From: Candidatus Uhrbacteria bacterium CG_4_9_14_3_um_filter_41_35
GTDB taxonomy: Bacteria; Patescibacteriota; Patescibacteriia; UBA9934
Reading direction: 5' to 3'
Assembly: GCA_002791275.1 (NCBI GenBank)
Contig: PFWT01000006.1
Location: 8,831 to 72,830 of the forward strand
DNA length: 64,000 bases
Shown piece by piece: positions 44,390-55,856 of the stretch. The notes below the pieces were generated by a model. That model worked only from the letters and a program-made list of their open reading frames with translations. It was not told where the DNA came from and made no database searches. The number at the start of each line of letters is the position of its first letter. Within the stretch, counting starts at the first letter, position 1. The position numbers were made by a program, and so were the translations under genes.

Positions 44390-47230
44390 TTATTTCATTG
44401 ATATCTTTAAGTGCTTTCCTGTTAGTGTTTTGTTCTTGGCAATATCTTTCGGTGTTCCTTCACCGACCACAATTCCACCTTTTTGCCCACCTTCTGGACC
44501 CATATCAATAAGCCAATCTGACGATTTCATTATGTCGGTATTATGTTCAATTACAAGCACAGTATTACCTTTGTCGACCAACGCTTGTAACACACCAAGT
44601 AATCGCTCAATGTCCTCAAAATGTAAGCCTGTTGTTGGTTCATCAAGAATATACAGCGTCTTCCCGGTTGAACGTCTTGAAAGTTCTGTTGCTAATTTTA
44701 CTCGCTGAGCCTCACCACCTGAAAGCGTCGTCGCCGACTGACCCAAACGTAAATAGCCCAGCCCAACTTCGTTTAAAATATTCAACTTATCTGCAATCAG
44801 AGGTTTGTCAGCAAAAAATCTTCGCGCTTCGTCAATTGTCATCCCTAAAACATCGGAGATGTTTTTACTTCGGTAGTGAACTTCAAGTACATCTACATGA
44901 TATCTAGTACCATTACACTGAACACAATCAGTGTAAACATCAGGCATAAACTGCATTTCAATCCGAATCTGCCCATCTCCAGCACAACCTTCACAGCGAC
45001 CCCCACCTTTTACATTAAAACTAAACTTTCCAGCATCATAACTTCTAAGTTTTGCCTCTGGCGTTTCAGTAAACAAATCTCTAATCGCCGTAAACACACC
45101 TGTGTACGTTGCCGGATTTGATCTTGGCGTGCGACCAATTGGCGACTGATCCACCGTTACAACCTTATCGATATTATTCAAACCTTTTATCTCCTTATGC
45201 GCCCCTGGAAACGCTTTAGCTCTGTAAAAATGTTTTGCAAGAACCCTACCTAAAATGTCTAAAATTAACGTTGATTTTCCAGACCCAGACACGCCGGTTA
45301 CGCAAACCATTTTTCCAAGCGGAATATCGACCGAAACATTTTGCAAATTGTTTTCAGTTGCCCCCTTAATTGAAAGCTTTTTACCGTTCCCAATTCGCAC
45401 CTTGTCCCTAATTTTAATTCTCTTTTTTCGAGACAAGTATTGCCCAGTTAATGAGTTTGGATTCTTAATTAACTGTTCTGGAATTCCTTCAGCAACTATC
45501 TGTCCGCCGTACGCTCCTGCACCTGGACCAACATCAAAAACATAATCAGCTGATCTGATCATTTCCTCATCGTGTTCAACAACTAAAACGGAATTTCCCA
45601 TATCCCTCAGGTGTTTGATGGTTTTAATCAGATGTTCGTTGTCTCGAGGGTGAAGTCCAATCGAAGGTTCGTCGAGTACATAAATTACCCCTGAAAGTGC
45701 TGACCCAAGTTGTGTTGCTAACCTAACCCGCTGTGATTCTCCACCTGAAAGCGTCATTGCGCTACGGTCTAGTGTAAGATAACCCAAACCAACATCAATT
45801 AAATGCTCGGCTCTTTCACGAATCTCTTTTTGAACCCGTTCAATCACTAGTCTTTCAGCTTCTGAGAAACCAAGTAAATTATTTTTTTTACTTGTTACTT
45901 TGAGAAGTTCGTCGAAAAACGCAGGTACAGCTTCAATTGGGCGCGTAACTACATCCGCAATACTTTTGCCTGCAATTGTAAACAATAAAACCTCTGGTCG
46001 AAGGCGCATCCCTTTGCAACCAGGGCAAACCATACTGCGCATATATGTTTCGAGCTCTTTGCGAACGTAGTCCGAATTTGTTTCTCGATACTTCTTATCG
46101 AGCATCCCGAGCACACCTAAAAATCTCACCTTTTCACCTTTAAAATCAAACAGTTCGTCCCCTGTTCCGTTTAAAAATATTTCTAAATTTTTCTTACTAA
46201 AAGTTTCAAGTGGTTCGTTTAAACTGAACTTATACTTCCTACTAACTTTTGTTAAAAGCTCCAAATTGCCAGACTGATTCCCAGCAATTCTACTCCAAGG
46301 TTTCACCACACCTTCGGCAATAGTCAGTCGCTTGTTTGGAATAACTAACTTCGGTTCCAAAACGAGCTTCATTCCAAGACCGGTACATTCTTCGCAAGCT
46401 CCGTGAAGTGAGTTAAAAGAGAATAGTTTTGGCTCGGGTTTTGGAATATTAAAACCGTTTAAGAGATTATAACCTTTTACCAGTTCCACCTCATCTCCAC
46501 TGTCGTCCCGGTACATCAATAATCGATCATTGCCAAGATCAAAGGCTCTCTCCAAAATAGTCTTCATTCTTTCGGTATTAATCCTTTCTCCAGCTGAAAA
46601 GCGCCCGGCCAAAATCTCGATAGTGTGCTCTTTGGTTTTTAGCTTGCGCATATCCACAGCTTCATCAAGGTCCATAAGCAGGCCGTCAAATCTTACCTCT
46701 TTAAAACCCGCATTTTGAGCGCCGACTAATACATGTTGGTGTTCACCCTTTTGGTTTTCAACCATCGGAATAAACAAAAGCACCTCACAAAATTTAATTA
46801 CACTGAGTATTTGATCAGCAATATTCTCGATTGAATTTTCCTTGATTGGCTCACCTGTTTCCGGGTGATGCGGCCGACCTATCCGCGCGTAAAGCACGCG
46901 AAGATAATCATAAATATCCGTCACTGTTCCGACGGTTGAACGTGGATTATTAGATGATGATTTTTGATCAATTGCAACCGTTGGTGAAAGACCGTCTATT
47001 GAATCCACATCAGGTTTATCTTGAAGTTCCAAAAACTGACGCGCATAACTCGACAGAGATTCCATATAGCGCCGCTGTCCCTCTGCGTAAACAGTATCAA
47101 ATGCCAGTGAAGATTTTCCACTTCCAGATAAACCGGTAAAGACAACTAGCTTGTCTTTCGGTATCTCACAGTCAACATTTTTAAGGTTGTGCACTCGCGC
47201 TCCGCGAATGGAAATAAAATCATTTTTCAT
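44390..47230 (-). CDS. uvrA: Excinuclease ABC subunit A (UvrA)
   Basis: The N-terminus ([48 protein letters not shown]) is virtually identical in pattern to E. coli UvrA. Two ABC ATPase modules and zinc-finger cysteines are present. The start was placed at [12 protein letters not shown]. Confidence 0.97.
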   Translation of the reverse strand: MKNDFISIRGARVHNLKNVDCEIPKDKLVVFTGLSGSGKSSLAFDTVYAEGQRRYMESLSSYARQFLELQDKPDVDSIDGLSPTVAIDQKSSSNNPRSTVGTVTDIYDYLRVLYARIGRPHHPETGEPIKENSIENIADQILSVIKFCEVLLFIPMVENQKGEHQHVLVGAQNAGFKEVRFDGLLMDLDEAVDMRKLKTKEHTIEILAGRFSAGERINTERMKTILERAFDLGNDRLLMYRDDSGDEVELVKGYNLLNGFNIPKPEPKLFSFNSLHGACEECTGLGMKLVLEPKLVIPNKRLTIAEGVVKPWSRIAGNQSGNLELLTKVSRKYKFSLNEPLETFSKKNLEIFLNGTGDELFDFKGEKVRFLGVLGMLDKKYRETNSDYVRKELETYMRSMVCPGCKGMRLRPEVLLFTIAGKSIADVVTRPIEAVPAFFDELLKVTSKKNNLLGFSEAERLVIERVQKEIRERAEHLIDVGLGYLTLDRSAMTLSGGESQRVRLATQLGSALSGVIYVLDEPSIGLHPRDNEHLIKTIKHLRDMGNSVLVVEHDEEMIRSADYVFDVGPGAGAYGGQIVAEGIPEQLIKNPNSLTGQYLSRKKRIKIRDKVRIGNGKKLSIKGATENNLQNVSVDIPLGKMVCVTGVSGSGKSTLILDILGRVLAKHFYRAKAFPGAHKEIKGLNNIDKVVTVDQSPIGRTPRSNPATYTGVFTAIRDLFTETPEAKLRSYDAGKFSFNVKGGGRCEGCAGDGQIRIEMQFMPDVYTDCVQCNGTRYHVDVLEVHYRSKNISDVLGMTIDEARRFFADKPLIADKLNILNEVGLGYLRLGQSATTLSGGEAQRVKLATELSRRSTGKTLYILDEPTTGLHFEDIERLLGVLQALVDKGNTVLVIEHNTDIMKSSDWLIDMGPEGGQKGGIVVGEGTPKDIAKNKTLTGKHLKISMK

Positions 47231-47310
47231 GCAAAATCCGTTCATTTTTAAATGAACGGAGCATAGCATTTAATAAAAGGCGTGGCAAGAGTAGATGTTC
47301 GCTCTAAAAA

Positions 47311-48945
47311 CTATGGAGTTGGAGAAATTAACTTTTGTGCGGCATCCGTTGCTTTACTCATATTAGAACTCGGCGCTCCACTTGTGAAACCAACATTCTG
47401 ACAGTCGAAAGCTACGAACTTATCTGGACCAAAAATTCCCAGTGCCGTAACTTTTATATAGCCATTTTCTAAATCGTTCACCGTCAATTCTTTAGTCGCG
47501 CAACTACCCCCAGCGTCCTTCGCAATATTACAAACATCTTTCCCACACACTGAATCAAAAAGTTTCTTATACTCCTCGTGATTCACGAAATCTGTTGGAA
47601 CATACCAGTAAAGAAAACCGAACTGAGTAGATAATTCTGAAGTGGTAATACCTGACAAATTTCTAGTAGTAAACTTATTTGCCCTAGTCCCAAGATAAGT
47701 GTAGGCCGAACAACCTTCATCTCCATGTTCCGCTTTTAATATATTGCAATCTAGCCCATTGTCCGCATGCTTGTAGTAAACCTCGACACACCTGTCTATC
47801 GGTACCGAACTTAAAACCGATGCATTAAAATAATGACACGAGGACTTAACACCATCCTTAACTTCGAGATTACTTAGTGCTGCACACGTTGATTGTGAAG
47901 GTTTCGGCGGTACATCTGTGGTTCTGTAACCAATCTCCCCGCAGGTATAGCAAGCGTAGTTGTGCTCTGTGTCTTGCAAACACTCCTCGGTCTTTCCGGG
48001 ACACTCAAAGTATGTGCAGGTATCTCCCACCACAAAACCATCCGAACCCTGCAGTTCATCTCCGTTTGCACTAACTATGCTTGTGATCACTCCCTTTTTA
48101 CCGCAGAGCGCCTGACTTTCCATTGTAATTGTAAAAATGACATCCTTTCTTTCAGACAGTGCAGTACATCCAAGGCTCTTATCTACATAATCCATCTCCC
48201 TTATTTTCGGTACACCTAAATTTTTAAACTTAACTACACTTGGATCAATAAGAGTTCCGAGAGTAACAGCAAAGAATAATAAAGTGAGCCCAATAATCAC
48301 TGAGTTAATTCTCTGTTTAGCTTTACTGATTTCATTTTCGCGACCACGGGCCAGCATCCACTCAACGCCAGCGACCATAATCATCACTATCGCAATTAAA
48401 GCTCCAGCACCGAGCAAAAAATCATAAACCGCGTTTATATATTCACCAAGATTTCCTGATTTTTTAAGACTCCCAATTGGGACCCCTAAAGTTACCTTTG
48501 TTGAACCGCCGAAATCTGGAATATAACCAGACGGATTATAACAATACCCTTGGCCCGGCAAACAAAAATTTTCCTGCCCTCCCCAAACCGAAGGTTCAGG
48601 TTCTGCCTTATCCTCAACTGGTCTTCTATCCGAAGAACAGGCCGCAGCTGTCCAGCACATCTTATTATTTTCCGGTCGGTTATCTACCTGATCTTGGTTG
48701 TAACAACCAAGTGTACTAATGCCCGGGCCTTTGCATAAGTTTCTACACTCCTCTATCCCTGCAACCGCAGTTTTTTTCTCAGCCCCATTTTCGGTTTTGC
48801 AAAAACAGTCACAAGAAGATATATCTCCTGATGTTGTGGTTTTCGCCCCCACAAAAGAAGAGGTACCTGCGAATCCGATACTAATTACAATTATTAAGGC
48901 AAATTTAAACAGGGTTTTAAACATATTAAACAAATTATAGCACAA
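47311..48945 (-). CDS. Cys-rich secreted/membrane protein with a central two-TM segment reminiscent of TrbC/VirB2-type pilins
   Basis: Signal peptide; about 150-aa Cys-rich N-terminal domain; TM pair (LLGAGALIAIVMIMVAGVEWML ... VIIGLTLLFFAVTLGTLI); about 300-aa C-terminal domain with more than 20 Cys; 544 aa. Family assignment is speculative. Confidence 0.45.
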   Translation of the reverse strand: MCYNLFNMFKTLFKFALIIVISIGFAGTSSFVGAKTTTSGDISSCDCFCKTENGAEKKTAVAGIEECRNLCKGPGISTLGCYNQDQVDNRPENNKMCWTAAACSSDRRPVEDKAEPEPSVWGGQENFCLPGQGYCYNPSGYIPDFGGSTKVTLGVPIGSLKKSGNLGEYINAVYDFLLGAGALIAIVMIMVAGVEWMLARGRENEISKAKQRINSVIIGLTLLFFAVTLGTLIDPSVVKFKNLGVPKIREMDYVDKSLGCTALSERKDVIFTITMESQALCGKKGVITSIVSANGDELQGSDGFVVGDTCTYFECPGKTEECLQDTEHNYACYTCGEIGYRTTDVPPKPSQSTCAALSNLEVKDGVKSSCHYFNASVLSSVPIDRCVEVYYKHADNGLDCNILKAEHGDEGCSAYTYLGTRANKFTTRNLSGITTSELSTQFGFLYWYVPTDFVNHEEYKKLFDSVCGKDVCNIAKDAGGSCATKELTVNDLENGYIKVTALGIFGPDKFVAFDCQNVGFTSGAPSSNMSKATDAAQKLISPTP

Positions 48946-49026
48946 AGATCCTTAAATGATGTTATACTAATAACAGCGGAACAGAGGGTTTACAAAAACA
49001 AGGGTTTTTGGTAGTCTAACCACACT

Positions 49027-49236
49027 ATGATATTAGATATTGTACAAATTATTTTAGCTGTCCTGTTAATCGGATCAATCCTTTTGCAGGCTCGTGGTAC
49101 CGGTCTTGGCGCCGGTTTTGGTGGAGAAGGAACAGTTTTCCGAACTAAACGCGGTGTAGAAAAAAAATTACACAACACCACAATAGTTATTGCTATTTTA
49201 TTCTTCGGTATTTCTTTAGCGAACGTTTTGTTCTAA
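49027..49236 (+). CDS. secG: Preprotein translocase subunit SecG
   Basis: 69 aa, two TM helices separated by the Gly-rich loop (LLQARGTGLGAGFGGEG). Confidence 0.7.
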   Translation: MILDIVQIILAVLLIGSILLQARGTGLGAGFGGEGTVFRTKRGVEKKLHNTTIVIAILFFGISLANVLF

Positions 49237-49252
49237 TAAACAGAACTTCTAA

Positions 49253-51088
49253 ATGTCCCAAGGTAAAACATCTATTATTACACGAATAATTAAGCGCATT
49301 AAGCATAATGCGCGAAGTTTGTTTAAACAAAAATCTGGAGGGGCAAAAAAAGCCGATATTGGACTTGCGATGGAGCAGGTTATTAAAGCTAGAGAAACTC
49401 AGACTTTTCCCTCACTAGCTCAGCTTGTCCACCTACCAAAATTACTTACAGCTACCGAAAAACAGATAGCACTTGTGGCTATTTTAACAATCATTACCAC
49501 TGGTTCGGTTCTAGGTTTTCAATATTTCAACGGTGGCCGTGTTGAAGTTGCTTCGATCGGTGGTGTTTATACAGAAGGTTTTATTGGTTTTCCACAACTT
49601 ATCAACCCACTTTACGCCAGCACCAGTGACGCTGACAATGACCTAGCTCACTTAATCTATTCTGGATTAATGCGGTACGACAGCAATGAAGGTTTAGTTC
49701 CAGATCTCGCAGAGTCCTACACTGTGTCAGAAGACGGTAAGACCTACACTTTCAATTTGCGAGATGATGCTAAATGGCACGATGGCAAGCCTGTTCAGGT
49801 GGATGACATTATCTTTACTTTTACCGCTATTCAAAATCCTGAATACCGAAGTCCCCTTCAAATTAGCTTTTCTGGTATCTCAATAAAACAAACAGGTGAG
49901 CACACTGTGGTTTTTGAGCTAAGCGAACCGTTCAATCCATTCCTTTCCCTACTGACAGTTGGGATTTTACCTTCTCATTTGTGGCAAGATATCGCCCCAC
50001 TCAACGTAGCTGTTACTGAACTCAATAAAAAACCTATCGGTTCTGGTCCTTTTACATTCGAAAAACTAGAAAAAGATAGTAAAGGTATTAGGAGCTACAC
50101 CCTTAGCGCGAACCGTGATTTTTACCGAGGTTCGCCAAAAATTGATAGTTTCATTGTAAAATTTTACACCGACGCAACTTCCGCAACCGAGGCATTAAGA
50201 AATCAAAATATTGAAGGAATTTCTTACCTACCTCCAGAAGTAGTAACTGATTTTGAAAATGATCCAAAATTAAACATCTTCTCACCAGCACTTCACCAAT
50301 ATAATGCGGTTTTCTTCAACCAAAAAAACAGTGTGGTTATCGAAGATGACGCTGTTCGTAAAGCGTTAGCGGGGTCAGTTGATCGAATTGAACTAATTAA
50401 CGAGGCGCTAGGAGGCCGCGGAAAAGTTACAAATTCCTTTATTTTAGACGGTATGATTGGTGCTTATCCAGACTTAGTAGTGCCAAAACTAGATCTTGCA
50501 GATGCTAATAAAACCCTCGAAGATGCTGGTTGGCTTCTCGAGGAAGGTTCCCCTATTCGAAAAAAAGGTGAACAATCCTTAAGTATTCAAATTTCAACTT
50601 TAGGTTCAGAGGAATTTGTTAAGACAGCAGAAGTTCTAAAAACCCAGTGGTTAAAAGTGGGGGCAGATATTTCTATAAATATAATTTCAAATACCGACTT
50701 CCAGAACAATACCTTACGCAACCGGGAATATGACATTCTGCTTTCTGGCGAACTTTATGGTATTGATCCAGATCCTTACGCTTTTTGGCATTCTTCACAA
50801 ACAAATTACCCTGGATTTAACCTTTCAGGTTTTAGCAACCGTAAAGCTGATGAGTTCATAGAACAAGGCAGAATTGATACTGACCCTGAAAAACGTGCCG
50901 AAGCCTACCGCGCTTTGCAGGATCTTGTGATTGAAGAAAACTCGGCCATCTTCCTGTACCAACCGACTTATAGCTTTGCATTACCTAAAAAACTCCAAAA
51001 TGTCTCGGTTTCACATATCATTTCACCAGCCGATCGTTTTAGCACGATCACTGACTGGTATATTAAAACAAAAAAGATTTTTGAGTAA
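49253..51088 (+). CDS. ABC transporter substrate-binding protein, family 5 (oligopeptide/dipeptide/nickel; OppA/DppA-like), membrane-anchored
   Basis: 611 aa with an N-terminal TM anchor. SBP_bac_5 hallmarks: YTFNLRDDAKWHDGKPVQVDDIIFTF; the LSGELYGIDPDPYAFWHS region. Confidence 0.8.
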   Translation: MSQGKTSIITRIIKRIKHNARSLFKQKSGGAKKADIGLAMEQVIKARETQTFPSLAQLVHLPKLLTATEKQIALVAILTIITTGSVLGFQYFNGGRVEVASIGGVYTEGFIGFPQLINPLYASTSDADNDLAHLIYSGLMRYDSNEGLVPDLAESYTVSEDGKTYTFNLRDDAKWHDGKPVQVDDIIFTFTAIQNPEYRSPLQISFSGISIKQTGEHTVVFELSEPFNPFLSLLTVGILPSHLWQDIAPLNVAVTELNKKPIGSGPFTFEKLEKDSKGIRSYTLSANRDFYRGSPKIDSFIVKFYTDATSATEALRNQNIEGISYLPPEVVTDFENDPKLNIFSPALHQYNAVFFNQKNSVVIEDDAVRKALAGSVDRIELINEALGGRGKVTNSFILDGMIGAYPDLVVPKLDLADANKTLEDAGWLLEEGSPIRKKGEQSLSIQISTLGSEEFVKTAEVLKTQWLKVGADISINIISNTDFQNNTLRNREYDILLSGELYGIDPDPYAFWHSSQTNYPGFNLSGFSNRKADEFIEQGRIDTDPEKRAEAYRALQDLVIEENSAIFLYQPTYSFALPKKLQNVSVSHIISPADRFSTITDWYIKTKKIFE

Positions 51089-51325
51089 AAGCATTGACAG
51101 TCTCTCTAAAAAATGCTAATATTCAAGCTTCTGTTCCGATATTTTTTCAAAGACTTCGTGTTTTAAAGGTATTTTTGCAGTTTTTAATAAAATAGCTGAT
51201 TTTGCTTGTAGTGAGTTTTGCATTCGAGCCAATACAATTATTTTTTTAATTTGTAATTTAAAATAGTTGAAACACTTTCTTGTTCTTTTGAACATTTTTT
51301 AGTGAGATTTCAGCAATAAAAATAT

Positions 51326-53203
51326 ATGGAAAACAAGAAACCAGTACAGCCTAAACACACACCAGGGGATAACAATAAGCCAACTACCCCACCAACACGA
51401 CGGCCACTTGCAAGACGGCCAAATAGTCGGCAGAACGTTCGGTCAACCGTAAGGTCAACCGGCGATCACAGAACAATCGTAAAACAACCTCATACTAAAA
51501 CTCAAACTAAAACCTACACCACTCCAACAGGAGACAAGGTGCGCGTTATTGTTTTGGGTGGTTTAGAAGAAGTTGGTCGTAACTGTACCTTAATTGAGTA
51601 TAAAAACGATATCATTATCATTGACCTTGGGCTTCAATTCCCAGACGAAGGTATGCCCGGAGTTGATTACATTATTCCAAACATGAGCTACCTAAAGGGT
51701 AAGGAGAAAAATGTCCGCGGAGTTATTATTACTCACGGTCACTACGACCACATTGGAGCTATCCCTCACACTGTGCCATACATTGGTAACCCAACAGTTT
51801 ACGCACTACCAATTGCAGCTGGAATTATTAAGAAGCGTCAAACAGACTTTAAAACTGCCCAGATCAATGTTAAAGACATCACGATCGCAACCGAACTTCA
51901 GCTTGGTGCTTTCAAAGTTCACTTCTTTCACATCAACCACAACATTCCAGATTCTGCTGGTATCGTGGTTGAAACGCCAATGGGAACTATTTGTCACACT
52001 GGTGACTGGAAATTTGACTACCACCCAGTTGGTGCCGCTCCAGCCGATCTTCGAAAGATCGCGCGTGTTGGAGAAGCTGGTGTTGCTCTTCTTATGGGTG
52101 ACTCAACAAACTCAGATAGGCCAGGTCACCAAACCAGCGAACGCGTGATTGGGCTTGAACTTGAGAGGATTTTAGAAAAAGCTGAAGGACGTGTAATTAT
52201 CGCTACTTTTGCTTCCCTACTTTCGAGAGTTAAGCAGATTATGGAGCTTTCTGAAGGCATGGGTAAGAAAGTTGCTCTTGAAGGTTATTCGATGAAAGCT
52301 AACGTTGAAATCGCTCGAGCGCTCGGTTTCATTAAAGTTTCAGACAAAACAATTATTACCACCGAGCAACTCAAAAACTATCCAAACGAAAAGATTGTAG
52401 TTATTTGTACCGGAGCTCAGGGTGAAAAAAATGCCGCGCTTAATCGAATTGCAAACAATGAACATCGCTTTATTAAGCTCGACAGAACAGACACCGTTGT
52501 TTTCTCAAGTTCAGTAATTCCGGGAAATGAACAGTCTGTTCAGAAACTAAAAGACACATTCTATCGAAAGCGAGCCCACGTTATTCACAAAGATATTATG
52601 GATGTGCACGCCGGAGGTCACGCGATGCAGGACGACATTAAGCTAATGCTTTCGCTTTTCACACCTAAATACTACATGCCGATTGAAGGAAATCATTTCC
52701 TACTTCGTGAAAACCAAATGGTAGCACTTTCAATGGGCTGGAAAGAGGAGAATACCTTCGTTGCCGATAATGGTCAGGTGATCGAGATCTGGAAAGACGA
52801 AAAAGGAGAATCTCAGGCTAGAATGACTAACGAGAAAGTCCCAAGCGAATATGTTTTTGTAGATGGTCTTGGCGTTGGTGATGTTTCGCACGTTGTACTT
52901 CGTGATCGAAATGCACTTGCGGACGAGGGAATTGTGGTTGCAATCGTTCAGGTTGAAAAGAAAACCGGAAAGGTTGTTGGAACTGCGGATATCGTAAGTC
53001 GTGGTTTCGTACTCATGAAAGACAATAAGAATTTAATCAATGAAACAAGGGCACTTATTCAAAAAGTCGCCTCAAACAACGATCCAAATTCTGAAATCGA
53101 CCGTGAATACGTGCGAAATCAGGTGCGCGATGAAGTTGGAAAATTCCTCTTCAAGAAAACAGAAAGACGACCTATGATCCTGCCTGTTATTTTGGAAGTA
53201 TAA
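51326..53203 (+). CDS. rnj: Ribonuclease J (metallo-beta-lactamase/beta-CASP RNase) with a ~70-aa basic low-complexity N-terminal extension
   Basis: HxHxDH motif (ITHGHYDHIGA), beta-CASP motifs and a C-terminal domain; 625 aa. Confidence 0.9.
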   Translation: MENKKPVQPKHTPGDNNKPTTPPTRRPLARRPNSRQNVRSTVRSTGDHRTIVKQPHTKTQTKTYTTPTGDKVRVIVLGGLEEVGRNCTLIEYKNDIIIIDLGLQFPDEGMPGVDYIIPNMSYLKGKEKNVRGVIITHGHYDHIGAIPHTVPYIGNPTVYALPIAAGIIKKRQTDFKTAQINVKDITIATELQLGAFKVHFFHINHNIPDSAGIVVETPMGTICHTGDWKFDYHPVGAAPADLRKIARVGEAGVALLMGDSTNSDRPGHQTSERVIGLELERILEKAEGRVIIATFASLLSRVKQIMELSEGMGKKVALEGYSMKANVEIARALGFIKVSDKTIITTEQLKNYPNEKIVVICTGAQGEKNAALNRIANNEHRFIKLDRTDTVVFSSSVIPGNEQSVQKLKDTFYRKRAHVIHKDIMDVHAGGHAMQDDIKLMLSLFTPKYYMPIEGNHFLLRENQMVALSMGWKEENTFVADNGQVIEIWKDEKGESQARMTNEKVPSEYVFVDGLGVGDVSHVVLRDRNALADEGIVVAIVQVEKKTGKVVGTADIVSRGFVLMKDNKNLINETRALIQKVASNNDPNSEIDREYVRNQVRDEVGKFLFKKTERRPMILPVILEV

Positions 53204-53255
53204 GTTATAAAAAAGGAGCTTGAAAAAAGCTCCTTTTTTGTTATCCTAGAGAGGT

Positions 53256-54233
53256 ATGAAAATCCTAACAGGAATCCAACCAACTAATATACTTCACATC
53301 GGAAATTACTTTGGCGCGCTTAAACCAGCTGTTAAATTATCGCAAGAAAATGATCTGTTAATGATGATCGCAGACTATCATGCTATCACCGTTCCTCAAG
53401 ATCCGAAACAATTAAAAGAAAATATTCTGTTTGCCACCGCTGCCTATATTGCAACCGGAATCGATCCCAAAAAAACTGTTCTTTTTCAACAGTCACAGGT
53501 GCCTGAGCACACTGAGCTTGGCTGGATATTGCAAACTCTAACTTATATGGGCGAAGCTGAGCGGATGACTCAGTTTAAAGACAAGTCAGGTGATAATCAG
53601 AAAAGGGTTTCTGTTGGCTTATTCACCTACCCAACCCTAATGGCAGCAGACATTCTCCTCTATAACACCGAAGCTGTGCCGGTTGGTGCCGATCAAAAAC
53701 AACATCTTGAACTAACTCGAGATCTAGCAGAACGCTTCAACCATCAGTTCGGTAAAACGTTTGTTGTGCCTGAGCCTCTGATTCCTGAACATGGGGCAAA
53801 AATTTTATCACTGAACGATCCCTTAAAAAAAATGAGTAAGAGCTCACCTACTGCCAAGAGCTACGTGTCTATTATGGACACGCCGGACGTAATAGTTAAA
53901 AAAATTCGGTCGGCTGTAACCGATTCTGAGCGAACAATTACTGTTGACGACAACCGTCCAGGCTTAAAAAACCTCTTAACAATCCTGCACTTAATTACCG
54001 GTGAGAGTCTAGTCGATATTGCAGGCAGTTATGAAGATAAAGGAATGAAGGAGCTAAAAGATGATCTCGCCGAAGCTTTGGTACTTTATCTTGGTCCACT
54101 TCAGGCGGAAATTAGGGGTTTACTCGAAAATAAAGACGAACTGCAGAAGATTATCGAAATTGGTTCACGAGAGGCGCACAAACTGGCAAATAATCAAATA
54201 AAAATTGTAAAAAATAAGATGGGCTTACTTTAG
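53256..54233 (+). CDS. trpS: Tryptophan--tRNA ligase
   Basis: HIGH-region variant (TGIQPTNILHIGNYFGA) and KMSKS (KKMSKSS) motifs; 325 aa. Confidence 0.92.
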   Translation: MKILTGIQPTNILHIGNYFGALKPAVKLSQENDLLMMIADYHAITVPQDPKQLKENILFATAAYIATGIDPKKTVLFQQSQVPEHTELGWILQTLTYMGEAERMTQFKDKSGDNQKRVSVGLFTYPTLMAADILLYNTEAVPVGADQKQHLELTRDLAERFNHQFGKTFVVPEPLIPEHGAKILSLNDPLKKMSKSSPTAKSYVSIMDTPDVIVKKIRSAVTDSERTITVDDNRPGLKNLLTILHLITGESLVDIAGSYEDKGMKELKDDLAEALVLYLGPLQAEIRGLLENKDELQKIIEIGSREAHKLANNQIKIVKNKMGLL

Positions 54234-54376
54234 TCCAAAAAAACACAAGTTCAAAAAACTTGTGTTTTTTATATTAATCTAGAATTTTGTTGACAAATAA
54301 CACTATTCTAGCTATATTTTTCTAGTCTAGCATCTCTGCTTGACACCCTCCCTGAAACCCCAAACTTGGAAAGATC

Positions 54377-55057
54377 GTGGAAATTCCCCATCACGACAAC
54401 CACCCCTTGACTCCCACCGAAACAAAGCTCGTAGAAGATGCGCGTCAACAACTCATTGAGCGCATTCAATACGAGCTCCTGGTCCGCAATCCGGATCCTT
54501 TAAGTAAAGAGGCAGAGTGTCTCTACATGATCTATGCGATCGCTTGTGCAGATCGGAGACTACCCATCACCAAGATCACTGCCCTTTGGATCGCCCTTGG
54601 GAAGATCGTTCTTGAGATGGACCAGCAGTTCTGCGCAAATTTCACCGAAGCTTACCGCGAGATGATCTTCAGTCACGAAGGACCAAACACCGGTCCATTT
54701 GTGTCTCAAATTCGCAGTTGGCATCGGGTCGTAGCCCATGCTCGCGTTTTCACGCGAGAAGAACTACTTGAGTACCTGAAGCTCGCCGTACAGCGAGCCA
54801 CGGTCGAGAGTGGGAAGCGCCCCATCCTTTCGGCTATGCTCATGCTCGCCGAGAAGTACGCAACCTGCAACCATACGGTTGCCATCTGGCGGGAAAATCT
54901 CCGCAAGGTTGTGACCACCCCTGACTTCTCTTTCGAGCGTTTTTGCGCCGAAATGATTCCACCAGAAGAGATTCGCGAAAAGGAGGAATGGCGGACAGCA
55001 GCCAATTCGTACTTCGCCAAAAGCTTCAGCGAAACTGAGAACAGCGCGTCAGCCTAA
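54377..55057 (+). CDS. Hypothetical protein (GC-enriched gene, likely horizontally acquired)
   Basis: 226-aa ORF, about 52% GC against roughly 40% for neighbours by eye. Followed by the hairpin ccttgcGTCCCCgtggacgtgaGGGtCttttttt. Confidence 0.5.
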   Translation: MEIPHHDNHPLTPTETKLVEDARQQLIERIQYELLVRNPDPLSKEAECLYMIYAIACADRRLPITKITALWIALGKIVLEMDQQFCANFTEAYREMIFSHEGPNTGPFVSQIRSWHRVVAHARVFTREELLEYLKLAVQRATVESGKRPILSAMLMLAEKYATCNHTVAIWRENLRKVVTTPDFSFERFCAEMIPPEEIREKEEWRTAANSYFAKSFSETENSASA

Positions 55058-55113
55058 CTAGGCATCTTACCCTTGCGTCCCCGTGGACGTGAGGGTCTTT
55101 TTTTAAAAAAAGT

Positions 55114-55764
55114 CTATTTCTTAGTTTTTACCACAATTCCAAATTGTAAATATCTGGTATCCGCAAATAGTCCTAGCGTTAAAATATTAATTAAACTAAA
55201 TTTCGAGGAGTCTACATACCCATTCAAACCCTGGATCCTGTCTAAATTAAAACCTAATCTTTCAAACATTTTTATAATACTTTTTTTCGTAAAAAAACGA
55301 ACGTGTGTTCTATCTAAAATACCGGAATCTTCATAGTCCCAGGTTTTTCTAAAAATAAGGTTGATTAAATTATTCAAGAACCGAACGTTTGGTATGGAAG
55401 CAACGATAACTGCATCTTCATTCAAATATTTTTTCAACTCAGTAAGCAAAACCTCGTTTTGCACAATGTGTTCAAGCACATCGTTTAAAATAATTGCATC
55501 AAAAGTTTCGCCAGTAATTTTTGGAAGCGCGCTAAACACATCGCTTATGATCACTTTATCTAAAACCTGCCCCGCTTTAGTGCCAGACACTACATCCATT
55601 TCGATTCCCCAGACTTCAGCCTGTAATTCGTTTTTCAAAATTGAACCAAAGACACCCTCTCCACAACCAATATCCAAGATCTTTTTTGCGGTCCGCGGAA
55701 CAAATTGAAGCATCTCGATTCGAGCATTTATATAATAAGTTTCAGGTTTTTTCATACAGTCCAC
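55114..55764 (-). CDS. Class I SAM-dependent methyltransferase
   Basis: Motif I ILDIGCGEGVFG and motif II AIILNDVLEH; 216 aa. Confidence 0.7.
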   Translation of the reverse strand: MDCMKKPETYYINARIEMLQFVPRTAKKILDIGCGEGVFGSILKNELQAEVWGIEMDVVSGTKAGQVLDKVIISDVFSALPKITGETFDAIILNDVLEHIVQNEVLLTELKKYLNEDAVIVASIPNVRFLNNLINLIFRKTWDYEDSGILDRTHVRFFTKKSIIKMFERLGFNLDRIQGLNGYVDSSKFSLINILTLGLFADTRYLQFGIVVKTKK

Positions 55765-55821
55765 AATGTAACATGAAAGCCGATCTTAGCCAATAATTCC
55801 AAGTTTTGATCACTTTTTATA

Positions 55822-55850
55822 TTGACAAAACAGCTAATTAATGATATTCT
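55822..55850 (+). promoter_or_regulatory. Sigma70-like promoter of rnpB (TTGACA-17-TATTCT)
   Basis: ttgacaaaacagctaattaatgatattct, 6 nt upstream of the predicted P1 5' end. Confidence 0.55.
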
Positions 55851-55856
55851 TTACCC

